From an uncultured Candidatus Saccharibacteria bacterium (lineage in GTDB: Bacteria; Patescibacteriota; Doudnabacteria; UBA920): a stretch of 64,000 nucleotides of DNA. A program made the translations under genes and the position numbers. The DNA lies in contig CAYVNU010000001.1 of the NCBI GenBank assembly GCA_964453265.1, forward strand, positions 117,331 through 181,330, in the 5' to 3' direction. A model generated the notes under the pieces. It was not told where the DNA came from, searched no databases, and saw nothing but the letters and a program-made list of their open reading frames with translations. This document shows positions 55,625 through 64,000 of this stretch, in pieces. Position 1 is the stretch's first letter; every line of letters begins with the position of its first letter.

Positions 55625-55712
55625 CATGGTACTTATCCACAATACCCACAGAATATATTACGACAACGCAATTTATATATTTATTATATAACATTATGCG
55701 ACCTTATCATAA
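55625..55712. repeat. Direct repeats ttatgcgac(a/c) flanking an AT-rich segment; one copy resembles a dif/XerC-arm (ggtcgcataatgtt)
   Basis: 'gttatgcgacatgg' (55625) and 'cattatgcgacc' (55697). The reverse complement 'GGTCGCATAATGTTATATAAT' resembles the XerC-binding half of dif sites. Confidence 0.35.
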
Positions 55713-55738
55713 TGGCTTAATTATGCTATGTTTTTAGT

Positions 55739-56554
55739 ATGATTTTAATCATATCCCCAAAAAATGTTTATTCGGCAAAAAGGTTTCTAGCCGAATGCAG
55801 AATTAAAAATCTAGCATGTAGAATTTTAAGCGTGGAAGAGTTGACTAGGGTAGATTTTAAAATAGATATTCAGCAGTACAGTTGTTTGTATGTTCGTAAC
55901 CCATATTTTAAAGGCAGCCCGAAATACATTCCCAATATTATTAAGCTCGCAAAGCAGTTTAAGCAGGCAGGGAAAAAGGTTGTTGATGATGTTATTGCAA
56001 GCGGTCATTTAGGAGAAGGTAAGTGGCAAGATTATAAGGATTTAGGAAATGCTTTAATTGCTATCCCAAAAACTCTAAAAACGCACGGCCGTGCGTTTTT
56101 AGAGTTTCCGTATATTGTTAAATGGCAATTCGGCATGAAAGCTAAAGGAACTTTTTTAATTCGAAGCGAAAATGATTTAAAAAAAATCCCTAGCCTTATT
56201 CCAAAAAATGAATTAATGTTTCAGGAATACATAGAGGCAGATTATGAATACAAGGTTATTACGGTTGGCTACAAGGCTTTACCAATGGTTTTAAGGTTTG
56301 ATTTTAATCGGAAGTCCGGCAGAGTGGATTTTTATAAACACCATGCTGTTAATATTGAGCAAGTAAAAGGTCTTAAGAATCTCGTAGAAAAAGCATCTAA
56401 AGTTTTAGGCCGTGAACTGGCAAAAGTAGATATTTTGCAAAAGGGTAATAAATTTTATGTTTTAGAAGTTAACCGTTTTCCCGGTTTTTATTGGCTTGAG
56501 AAGCGTTTAAAAATAAATATAGCCCAAGACTTTATCAAATATTTAATTAAATAG
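55739..56554 (+). CDS. ATP-grasp family protein (RimK-like ligase fold)
   Basis: 'YIVKWQFGMKAKGTFLI' (Lys in B-loop), 'FQEYIEADYEYKVITVG' and 'KVDILQKGNKFYVLEVNRFPG' (Mg/ATP-binding Glu/Asn). Confidence 0.6.
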   Translation: MILIISPKNVYSAKRFLAECRIKNLACRILSVEELTRVDFKIDIQQYSCLYVRNPYFKGSPKYIPNIIKLAKQFKQAGKKVVDDVIASGHLGEGKWQDYKDLGNALIAIPKTLKTHGRAFLEFPYIVKWQFGMKAKGTFLIRSENDLKKIPSLIPKNELMFQEYIEADYEYKVITVGYKALPMVLRFDFNRKSGRVDFYKHHAVNIEQVKGLKNLVEKASKVLGRELAKVDILQKGNKFYVLEVNRFPGFYWLEKRLKINIAQDFIKYLIK

Positions 56555-56754
56555 TTTTTGACTTAACTTGCTAAAATTCTTAAAATTTAGTATAATGGTC
56601 TATATTAATTAACCCACGAATAAGTTCGAAAAGCATTAATTAAAACTAAAAATTAAGTAAAATTGACTGCAAGTGCATTTAAATTTTATTTAATTGTTAT
56701 TTGCTACTTATTACGTGTTGAAAGGCGTTTTCTTTTATTGAAAACGAATAAAGT

Positions 56755-57030
56755 ATGCTTAGTCCTAAAGAAAAAGACGCGATAATAAAAAAGTTCAGAA
56801 CTCATAAAGATGATACCGGCAGTCCGGAAGTTCAAATTGCAATTTTAACTGAAGAAATAAAAAGAGTTAGTGAGCATTTAAAAACTCATAAAAAAGACAA
56901 CCATTCCAGAAGAGGGTTGCTTAAAATGGTTGGCAACAGAAGAAGGCTCATGCGCTATTTAAAGAATGAAGACCAAAAGCGATACGAAAAAATAGCAGAT
57001 AAATTAAAGTTAAAAATTGTTGAAAGCTAA
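56755..57030 (+). CDS. rpsO: 30S ribosomal protein S15
   Basis: '[49 protein letters not shown]' is the classic S15 sequence. Confidence 0.9.
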   Translation: MLSPKEKDAIIKKFRTHKDDTGSPEVQIAILTEEIKRVSEHLKTHKKDNHSRRGLLKMVGNRRRLMRYLKNEDQKRYEKIADKLKLKIVES

Positions 57031-57033
57031 AGT

Positions 57034-57411
57034 ATGGGCGATTTTGAAAAAGAATGGACTGATTTAGGCAGAAAAATTTGCCAAGCAGTTTACGTAAATA
57101 AAACCGTTCAAGAGATTAAACATTCTTTGCAAAAAAATGGTTTTTTGACATTGGAAGAAAAAAGCGAGTTTATTAATATTTGCGATAAGATAAAATACGA
57201 CGTTATTTACGAAATTTACGGTAAAGAAGACACCGAGAGCTATAAAAAATTTAGCGAAGAATGGAAGCAGTGGTTTCAGGAAAAGGGTGTGGAAAGCCAG
57301 AAGGAAAGAAATCAAAGAAGCAGTGTAGATCATATTCTTTTTGGAAGTACGCCTGATCCTATTCAGTTTTTGCTCCATTTTGAAGAAGAAATGCTTGGAA
57401 GTATGAAATAG
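57034..57411 (+). CDS. Hypothetical protein
   Basis: 125-aa ORF immediately after rpsO, with a terminator at 57421-57448. Confidence 0.4.
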   Translation: MGDFEKEWTDLGRKICQAVYVNKTVQEIKHSLQKNGFLTLEEKSEFINICDKIKYDVIYEIYGKEDTESYKKFSEEWKQWFQEKGVESQKERNQRSSVDHILFGSTPDPIQFLLHFEEEMLGSMK

Positions 57412-57455
57412 AAATTTAAAAAAAACCGCTGCCTTACAAAAGGCAGCGGTTTTTT

Positions 57456-59108
57456 TTAAATTTTTGTAAAGTCTAGAAGAGTGGTGGTTTTTAAGTCTGA
57501 GTGGATGGGTAGAGAAAAAATAAATGTGGAACCTTGGTCTTCGCCCTGGCTTTCTGCCCAAATTTTTCCTTGGTGCTGTTCAATAACAATTTTAGCAACA
57601 TACAAGCCAAGACCAAGTCCGGCGCTGTGTTTTATAGATTCTTTGCCGCGGCTAAATTTTTGAAAAATTTCATTTTTTTCTTCAGGGCTTACGCCTTTGC
57701 CCGTGTCCGTAACAGAGAATTTTATTTCATCTGTATCTTCCCAAAGTTTAACTTTAACCGAACCATTTTTCGTATACTTTAAGGCGTTATCTATTAAATT
57801 ATTCATTACTTGTTTAATTTTTTCTTTATCGGCCATTATTTTAGGTAAATTTTTCTTTGGCTTTTCAAAAAGCAATTTTAATTTTTTATCTTTTGAAATT
57901 GGTAAGAGCTGCTCAAACGCGCTGTTTGCCAGCGGCAATAAATCCGTTTCTTCAAAGAGAAATTCCATTTTGCCGCGCTCGATTCTGGATACGTTTAGCA
58001 TGTCGTCTATAAGCGAAATTAGAGCGTTGTTGGTTTGGCTGGTTTTTTGAATAATTTCCAACTGTTCTTTTTTTATTTTTCCGTAGTCGCCGGAAAGCAG
58101 AGCGGATAAATACCATTTAATTGTGGCCGGAGGAGTGCGCAGTTGATGCGAAGCTATAGTAATAAATTCGCTTCTGGCAATATCCAGAGCTTTTAGTTTT
58201 TCGTTGGCATTTTCTAATTGTTTGGTTAATGCTTCTAAAAGTCGCCTTTGTTCCACCTCTTTACGCACGCTTCTAATTAGCAAATAACCGAAAATTATCG
58301 CTGCTGAAAAAATTGTTATATCTATAATTCTTTCGGTTGTTGTTCTTGATGTAAAAATTTTGGAAAATAAAATTGTAGCTAGAATTGCTGTCAATGCTTC
58401 GGTGGCAATAATTTTTAAATCAAAAAGCCCGTGCTTAACAATCGCGTAGGCAATAAAGGACATTAAAATAACGGGAAAAATCGGACCTAAAAATACAAAT
58501 GCGGAGGTTTTTAAAATAACTACAAATGTAACGGTGGACAAACCCATTAAAGAAAAAGAAGCCAAGACCCCAAATAATAGGTATTTGATTTTAATTTTTT
58601 CTTCGCCGATTGCTTTTTTATATCTGGTAATTAAAATAACAAAACTTAAAATAAACAAACCTACAAAATCGGCAAAAAAAATCAGCACACCTGGCCCAGG
58701 AGTAGGGACAGGATTGCCGTTTGGGTAAGTAATGCCGGTAAAAACAAATGGAAGCAGGGAAGCCGCCGCTGACATAAACATTAAGCAGAATAGCAAAAAA
58801 ATATAACTTTTTTGCATGCTTATTCGGTCGTTTGGAAATGTGTGGACAAGCAAAATCAAATTAGGTCCGATAAACGAGCAGGTAAACATTACAACCCGTA
58901 CCCAGAATAATTGGCTGTCGCCAATACCTCCCGGCGGATGAAGCGATAGAAAATTTACAATAATATATAAATTGGTAATTATTGATAAATTAAAAAATAA
59001 CCTGTGGGTCCAGCTTTTGTTATTTTTTAAAACTACCATCAAGCCTAAAAAGGTATTGGCGCAAAAGGCGATAATGCCTAAGAGTAGTTCAATTTGTATA
59101 TTTTGCAT
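57456..59108 (-). CDS. Sensor histidine kinase with polytopic N-terminal membrane domain
   Basis: About 8 TM helices, then HisKA 'IASHQLRTPPATIKWY' and HATPase_c N/G1/G2 boxes ('NLIDNALKYT', 'DTGKGV', 'GLGLGLYV'). Confidence 0.85.
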   Translation of the reverse strand: MQNIQIELLLGIIAFCANTFLGLMVVLKNNKSWTHRLFFNLSIITNLYIIVNFLSLHPPGGIGDSQLFWVRVVMFTCSFIGPNLILLVHTFPNDRISMQKSYIFLLFCLMFMSAAASLLPFVFTGITYPNGNPVPTPGPGVLIFFADFVGLFILSFVILITRYKKAIGEEKIKIKYLLFGVLASFSLMGLSTVTFVVILKTSAFVFLGPIFPVILMSFIAYAIVKHGLFDLKIIATEALTAILATILFSKIFTSRTTTERIIDITIFSAAIIFGYLLIRSVRKEVEQRRLLEALTKQLENANEKLKALDIARSEFITIASHQLRTPPATIKWYLSALLSGDYGKIKKEQLEIIQKTSQTNNALISLIDDMLNVSRIERGKMEFLFEETDLLPLANSAFEQLLPISKDKKLKLLFEKPKKNLPKIMADKEKIKQVMNNLIDNALKYTKNGSVKVKLWEDTDEIKFSVTDTGKGVSPEEKNEIFQKFSRGKESIKHSAGLGLGLYVAKIVIEQHQGKIWAESQGEDQGSTFIFSLPIHSDLKTTTLLDFTKI

Positions 59109-59163
59109 ATTTTGATGTTTGTTAATTAAATGATACTCTATATTTATAAAAAATAAAAGTTAT

Positions 59164-60276
59164 ATGCTGGAAAAAAATCAAACGCGAGGCCAAAAACAAT
59201 ATACTCAGGCAGAATTTAATGCTTTAAGTGAGCATAAACGGCTTGAGTATTTGTGTTTGCTGGGGCATTTAGCGCCTAGTTCACATAATACCCAGCCTTG
59301 GCGTTTTTTTCTTGACTTAGACAAAAAACAAATAAAAATATTTATTGATAGACGTTTTATACTCAATGAATCCGATCCGGTTGGCCGGGAAACTTTGGTA
59401 AGCGCGGGTTGCTGCGTGGCGAATATTTTGGTTGGCGCAGAGCATTATGGTTTGCCAAACAAGCTTACATTATCCCGTTTGTCAAAAAAAGATTGCTTGC
59501 CCCTTAAAGGAGATAAAGGTAGGTATAAAATGGCAGCAGAAATTACTTTTAATAGCTTGGAAGCCAAAATACAAACAGGTTCTTTATTCGGACAGATTTT
59601 TTATAGGCAGGTTGTACGCGCGGAATTCGATCCGCAAATTTTCTTGCCGCAAAATATTATAAAAAAACTCTCCAGTTTTATCGATGGAAAGAAAATTAAA
59701 CTTCATTTAGTTGAAAAAGGCATTTTAAAACAGTCACTGGCAGAATTTCAAGGTCAAGCCGATAATTATGTTATAAATTCCAAAATTTTTAGCAGAGAAT
59801 TGGGAGAGTGGCTTTTGCCCAATAACACCAACTCACATTTGGGCATGCCGGGAAACGGCTTTGGTTTAAGCGATGTGCAGGCTAAGCGTTTTCATATGGG
59901 TCTGTTAGGAAAACAGCCGCTGGAACCGGAAGATGGTTTAAAATTTTCCATGTCCGGTAAAATATATTTGGAAAAATCGCCTTTAGTTGGTTTGTTAACT
60001 GTGCAAAAAGATGAACCGGAATTTTGGCTGTTATGCGGCATGGCGTTAGAAAATATTTTTTTATTTTTACTCAAGCAGGGGTTTAGTTTGGCTATACACG
60101 CTGCAATTGTTGAGGTTGGATTAATAAATAAAATTTTTGCCGCAACCTTGGGTACAACCAGAAGACTGACTGCTTTATTTCGGGTAGGAAAAGTTAAAAA
60201 TTTAAAAGATCTACAAAGGCCTTTTTCTCCACGTCTGCCTTTAGAAGAAACTTTTTTGTCTAGCGATACATTTTAA
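59164..60276 (+). CDS. Nitroreductase-superfamily (FMN-dependent, SagB/McbC-like size) protein
   Basis: 'LAPSSHNTQPWRFFLD' is the nitroreductase N-terminal signature. At 370 aa it is longer than classical NfsA/B. Confidence 0.55.
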   Translation: MLEKNQTRGQKQYTQAEFNALSEHKRLEYLCLLGHLAPSSHNTQPWRFFLDLDKKQIKIFIDRRFILNESDPVGRETLVSAGCCVANILVGAEHYGLPNKLTLSRLSKKDCLPLKGDKGRYKMAAEITFNSLEAKIQTGSLFGQIFYRQVVRAEFDPQIFLPQNIIKKLSSFIDGKKIKLHLVEKGILKQSLAEFQGQADNYVINSKIFSRELGEWLLPNNTNSHLGMPGNGFGLSDVQAKRFHMGLLGKQPLEPEDGLKFSMSGKIYLEKSPLVGLLTVQKDEPEFWLLCGMALENIFLFLLKQGFSLAIHAAIVEVGLINKIFAATLGTTRRLTALFRVGKVKNLKDLQRPFSPRLPLEETFLSSDTF

Positions 60277-61510
60277 CTTTAAAAGTTTTTTTATTGAAAA
60301 TTACTCTGCTTGGGTATGTATGCCCAAGTAATATTCTAGCCGCAGCTTCACTAACAATGCCCGCAGCAGTATTTATGGTTGATCCGAGTTGGGGGATAAT
60401 GGTAGAGGTGGGGATTTCGGTTTTGTTTTCAATAATTTTTTTTAATTCGTCTTGCCTATAGTTAGGTCCTATTAGCGAATCGACAAAATTGAAAAATGCT
60501 TTTCTTTCACCGGGGTTGCTGTAAACATTTTCCATAGCGTTTATTAGTTCCACATCTGTCTTACTATAGGTTAATTTGTTTTCTTTTAAATCATATCGGC
60601 AAATATCCAGCTGAATGCATGAGCCTACGTCAGTTACCATAAGCAGGGGTATTTTCCTTTTTCTAGCTTCTTGCCTAAGTAAAATTTTTATTCTTGGGTC
60701 GTCAACTTCTTCAATAATCAAATCCAGTTTTGGCTCGTTTTTTTGCCCGTCAAAATAAGCATTAATATTTTCCGCAGTTAGCCCTTGGTCATAAATGTAA
60801 ATATTTGCAAATGGGTTTATAGAATATATTTGCTCGGCAGTAACCGAGGCTTTGTTTCTTAAAAGCATATCGGCAGCATTTGTTCTTTCTGAATTCGGCA
60901 AAACCATATCTTTATAGCTAAGCCTTACGCGGTTAATGTTTTCCATTTTAAACAGGCTTTTGTCGGCAATTTTTAAATTTTTTGGGCGGATATCCATGCA
61001 AATACAATGGCTGATGCTGTTGCCCACGCTGCAGCCAGCAATGCCAATTGTAGAATTTTCAAATTTATTTTGGATTTGAGACCACGAAAGCTGGTTTTTT
61101 GGGTCGCTAATTAAGCTTGAGTTGCTGGCAACAGAAACAATACGGTGCCAAAATGGATTAGCAAACCTGACCAATTCTCCAGAGCGGGCAAAAAAAACAT
61201 AGTAGCCATAATTTAGGTAATAACCTTTTGCATTTAAAAGTGCAGTGTTATAAATTTCCCATTCTTTGTTAAACAAATCCCTAAGCGTTAAATTATTTTC
61301 ATACTTAGGCGAATTGGCTGACATGGTTAGGCGTTCATTTAATCCAAAAATTGTCGCTTGAGTTAAATCGTATTGCTTATTTTTTGGAACTTTAAAAGTT
61401 TTTTTATGAATTTTAATTAAAGCCGAACCATTTTTATCGTATTTAACAAGGCCTTTTTTATGGGCAATTTTAGTTGCTATTACAAAGGGTTTTATTTGAT
61501 TAAAATTCAT
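60260..61510 (-). CDS. E1-like (ThiF/MoeB/MccB-type) adenylyltransferase-fold protein with N-terminal extra domain
   Basis: 'STIGIAGCSVGNSISHCICMDI' Gly-rich Rossmann loop and 'KIADKSLFKMENINRV', which resembles the E1 'D.D.VE.SNLNRQ' motif. The N-terminal ~150 aa are unassigned. Its start overlaps the upstream gene stop. Confidence 0.55.
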   Translation of the reverse strand: MNFNQIKPFVIATKIAHKKGLVKYDKNGSALIKIHKKTFKVPKNKQYDLTQATIFGLNERLTMSANSPKYENNLTLRDLFNKEWEIYNTALLNAKGYYLNYGYYVFFARSGELVRFANPFWHRIVSVASNSSLISDPKNQLSWSQIQNKFENSTIGIAGCSVGNSISHCICMDIRPKNLKIADKSLFKMENINRVRLSYKDMVLPNSERTNAADMLLRNKASVTAEQIYSINPFANIYIYDQGLTAENINAYFDGQKNEPKLDLIIEEVDDPRIKILLRQEARKRKIPLLMVTDVGSCIQLDICRYDLKENKLTYSKTDVELINAMENVYSNPGERKAFFNFVDSLIGPNYRQDELKKIIENKTEIPTSTIIPQLGSTINTAAGIVSEAAARILLGHTYPSRVIFNKKTFKVKMYR

Positions 61511-62444
61511 TTAAAAATTTATTAATGCTATTTAGCCAAGGTTCTTTATGCAGAAAATAAAAGTCCGGACCGTCATTAACTTCCGTATTTAAAATTTCTC
61601 TTAGCCTTTCGCCCGATATTTGAGAGTGCTTAAGGTGCCCGGAAGTCAATAATAATTTTGGTAGCAGTTTTGTTTCCGGAATTTTAAGATTGCCGGTAGA
61701 AAGTATTTTTGCCGCTAATTGTTTACCTAAATAAAAATTTAATGTTGGCTTTGAAATTTGACGCGAGTTTTCTAAATTTTTTATAGCTAATTTTAAGTTT
61801 GGCAAATTTAAAAAGTAGCCGGGGAATTTGTAGGCAGATACAGAGCGGTTAATTTTAAGATTTGAACGGAAAATGGTATTTGCTTTGGTAAATTCAGGCA
61901 GGCTGTTTTTTGTCAGAGATTTATTTATAACCTCGTTTCTGAATAATCCGGTTAAATATTTTATTTCTGGGCGAGTTTCTAAAAAAAACTTGTTTGCCAG
62001 GCAAAAAGCAAGTTTTGTAAATTTTAAATTTGTTGGTTTGGTTTTTTGCCGGCAGAATTTAGAAATTGTAACTAAAGACAGCAGCTTAATTTTATGTTTT
62101 TTTAAAATTGACTCCAGAGAAATATTTTTATGCCCAAAATGCAAAAAATCTTCCGTTGCGTAAGGATTTTTTTTGCCCGCATGCACAAACCTGATGCTAA
62201 AATATTCCGGTTTTTTAAACCCGTTTTGTTTGGCGCTGCACTCAATTAAGTAAACGTCGGATTTTTTGTCGAATTTATCTAACAAAGGAACTTTACCGTA
62301 GCGTAAATAAGCCTTTCGGCAAGCCAAAACTTTTTTTTGCAAGTTCTTGTTTTTCCATTTTTTTCCGCACGGTTTGGCTAGAGTTATAACCACCTTAAAA
62401 TTGGGGAAGTTGTAGGAAATTTGGTTTGGGTCTTGTAACAGCAT
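61500..62444 (-). CDS. Hypothetical basic protein co-transcribed with E1-like gene
   Basis: 314 aa, Lys-rich and with no motif. There is an 11-nt overlap with the downstream E1-like gene. Confidence 0.4.
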   Translation of the reverse strand: MLLQDPNQISYNFPNFKVVITLAKPCGKKWKNKNLQKKVLACRKAYLRYGKVPLLDKFDKKSDVYLIECSAKQNGFKKPEYFSIRFVHAGKKNPYATEDFLHFGHKNISLESILKKHKIKLLSLVTISKFCRQKTKPTNLKFTKLAFCLANKFFLETRPEIKYLTGLFRNEVINKSLTKNSLPEFTKANTIFRSNLKINRSVSAYKFPGYFLNLPNLKLAIKNLENSRQISKPTLNFYLGKQLAAKILSTGNLKIPETKLLPKLLLTSGHLKHSQISGERLREILNTEVNDGPDFYFLHKEPWLNSINKFLNEF

Positions 62445-62516
62445 TGTTTATTAAGTATATCATAATTTTTTTTATCAAATTTTATAAAATGTGATATAAT
62501 AAATTAAACAAATAAC

Positions 62517-62909
62517 ATGTTTGAAACAAAACAAAAAAAGGTTTTAATAGCCGAAGACGACGTGGCTATGGCCGAAATTGTTACCCATAAGCTAAATAGT
62601 AGTGGTTTTTCAGTGCGCCATGCTTCCGACGGCGCAATTGCACTTAAAATGTTTTTAGAGGAAACACCCGATATAATGCTGCTCGATTTAATGATGCCGG
62701 AAATGGATGGGTTCTCCGTTTTAGAAACAATCCGAAAAAATCCTAACAAAAAAATCGCAAATACACCGGTTATTGTTTTAAGCAACCTTTGGAGTAGCGA
62801 AGATATTTTAAAAGCCAAAGCTTTAAAAGCTAATGATTACATGGTAAAAGCCTACTTTACACCGGAGGAAATATTAGCTAAAATTAACTCAGTTTTAAAC
62901 AAATCATAA
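62517..62909 (+). CDS. Stand-alone response-regulator receiver (CheY-like) protein
   Basis: 'VLIAEDDVAMAEI', 'IMLLDLMMPEMDGF' (phospho-acceptor Asp) and 'PVIVLSN...KAKALKANDYMVK'. Confidence 0.8.
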   Translation: MFETKQKKVLIAEDDVAMAEIVTHKLNSSGFSVRHASDGAIALKMFLEETPDIMLLDLMMPEMDGFSVLETIRKNPNKKIANTPVIVLSNLWSSEDILKAKALKANDYMVKAYFTPEEILAKINSVLNKS

Positions 62910-63110
62910 ATACACGAGCAGGCATGAATCACACGATATAAATTAGAATAGTTTAGCTTTGTGGCATGTGTATGATTGTTGTATTAGTGATTAATATAAT
63001 TAATTTCACGTATGGTAAATGGGTACAGCGAGGACTAGAAGCTATCTTAGGGGGTATCTTCTGTTATAGTCATCGTCAACACATTTGGCATCGTGAAAAA
63101 GGAAATTTAA

Positions 63111-64000
63111 ATGGAAAGCAAAAAAATTTCGTGTAAAATCGGCGAGGCTGATTTTACATTTGAAACCGGCAAACTAGCCGGACAGGCTTCTGGCGCCGTA
63201 TTGGCCAGAGTAGGCGATACAGTAGTTTTAGCAACTACTATAATGAACGACAAGGCTAGGGATGGTATAGACTTTTTCCCGCTCTTGCTTGATTACGAAG
63301 AACGCCTGTACGCGGCCGGTAAAATAAAAGGCAGCCGCTGGATAAAGCGCGAAGGCAGAGCAACCGACGACGCTATTTTAAAAGGTAGAGTTATAGACAG
63401 AACTTTAAGACCCCTTTTCCCAGAAGGTATGCGTAACGACGTGCAGTTAACTGCAATGGTTTTATGTATAGACGGTGTAAATGAGCCGGATATGCTTGCG
63501 GTAAATGCAGCTTCCATGGCTTTGGCAATTTCCAATATTCCTTACGATGGTCCGGTTGCTGGCGTTAGAGTAGGAAAAATAGACGGAAACTATGTTATAA
63601 ACCCAACCCATGAGCAAAGTGAAAAGTCTACTATGGACTTAATTGTTTGTGGTACTGGTGAGCACATAATTATGGTAGAAATGGGCGCAAAGTTAGTTAC
63701 AGAAGAAGAAATTGTAGACGGTATAAAATTCGCCCAGCCTTACTTAGGTGAGTTAGTAAAGTGCCAAATAGAATTTGCTAAACAGGTTGGAAAAGAAAAA
63801 TCTGAACCTATTATAGTTAAGCCGCACGACTCTATAATGGAAAAAGTTAAAGAACTTTTGACAGAAAGTAAAATGGATGCGGCAGTTTATGTTAAAAATA
63901 AAGAAGAGCGAGGGGAAAACATTAATAAGCTTACTAAAGAAGTTGTTGCAGAAGTTAAATCCGCAGTTGGGGATATAGAAGGCGTTAGTGTGGAAAAAGA
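63111..64000 (+). CDS. pnp: Polynucleotide phosphorylase (PNPase), N-terminal part (continues past window end)
   Basis: The frame is open from ATG 63111 to the window end. 'GKLAGQASGAVL', 'DFFPL', 'EERLYAAGKIKGSRW..REGR' and 'RTLRPLFPEG' are RNase PH-domain motifs of PNPase. Confidence 0.9.
   Translation, partial: MESKKISCKIGEADFTFETGKLAGQASGAVLARVGDTVVLATTIMNDKARDGIDFFPLLLDYEERLYAAGKIKGSRWIKREGRATDDAILKGRVIDRTLRPLFPEGMRNDVQLTAMVLCIDGVNEPDMLAVNAASMALAISNIPYDGPVAGVRVGKIDGNYVINPTHEQSEKSTMDLIVCGTGEHIIMVEMGAKLVTEEEIVDGIKFAQPYLGELVKCQIEFAKQVGKEKSEPIIVKPHDSIMEKVKELLTESKMDAAVYVKNKEERGENINKLTKEVVAEVKSAVGDIEGVSVEK

Noticed and set aside
60260-62444. Interpreting the E1-like + 314-aa pair as a TOMM cyclodehydratase (C/D) pair
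   Set aside because: The 314-aa protein is too short and lacks YcaO features. The E1-like protein retains an intact Gly-rich nucleotide loop, unlike TOMM C proteins. It is kept as an unassigned E1-like system instead.
63293-63535. 80-aa ORF on the minus strand
   Set aside because: It is antisense to the pnp coding region, which has unambiguous PNPase motifs.
1-64000. CRISPR array / cas genes / rRNA operon
   Set aside because: There are no regularly spaced direct repeats with unique spacers and no 16S/23S/5S-like sequence. The tandem repeats present are simple hexamer/heptamer/octamer arrays without spacers.
1-64000. Alternative genetic code (UGA=Gly, code 25)
   Set aside because: Conserved genes terminate at TGA/TAA/TAG at the expected lengths. 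No in-frame TGA is needed to complete any recognised protein.

Overview
This is an AT-rich (~35% GC) bacterial window. Genes end at TAA/TAG/TGA, so it uses the standard code, and the tRNAs carry an encoded CCA. The gene content suggests a small-genome, possibly Patescibacteria/CPR-like organism, but that is only an inference: a type IV pilus operon, few biosynthetic genes and many small hypothetical membrane proteins.

Layout:
- 1-4852: type IV pilus assembly operon pilB(partial)-pilC-pilM-pilN-pilO-like.
- 4917-5136: tRNA-Arg(TCG) and tRNA-Lys(CTT).
- 5.4-27 kb: lipoprotein, holA, a secreted Ala/Lys-rich repeat protein, a SAM methyltransferase, a DinB-family protein, an orphan 524-aa P-loop NTPase, typA/bipA, an AI-2E transporter, a Ca-type P-type ATPase, zwf, a DEAD-box helicase, ywbE, an alkyltransferase-like (ATL) protein, a type IV pilin, a DUF45 hydrolase, msrA and gnd.
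- 27.4-35.9 kb: a redox/copper block with bshA-bshB-(bshC-like) and csoR-copA-(membrane cupredoxin)-copZ, then msrB and a second DinB-family paralog.
- 36.3-38.3 kb: a J-domain protein, a TraB-family protein and tRNA-His.
- 38.5-53.4 kb: NDH-2, a MacAB/HlyD-type efflux operon, a split MgtE-N/CBS protein next to an NRAMP-family transporter with NRMT-like motif changes, an MsbA-like ABC exporter, a papain-like secreted protein and a pseudouridine synthase.
- 53.5-55.7 kb: a tRNA-Arg cluster with tRNA fragments and duplicated 3' ends, followed by a XerC/D-like tyrosine recombinase and a dif-like direct repeat, which looks like a degenerate integration hotspot.
- 55.7-64 kb: an ATP-grasp protein, rpsO, a sensor kinase, a convergent nitroreductase-like gene and an E1(ThiF)-like two-gene operon, an orphan receiver domain, and the start of pnp.

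The least ordinary content:
(i) Several families of short dispersed repeats. One is a ~100-150 bp MITE-like family with terminal inverted repeats (6 copies). The others are GC-rich palindromic units, several of them inserted IN FRAME inside conserved genes (holA, msrB, the bshC-like gene, a papain-like gene).
(ii) A bacillithiol-type biosynthesis cluster in a reduced genome.
(iii) The E1-like/nitroreductase cluster bracketed by two-component parts.
(iv) Two GC-rich (~50% GC) non-coding-looking islands that may be structured RNAs.

No CRISPR array or rRNA was seen.
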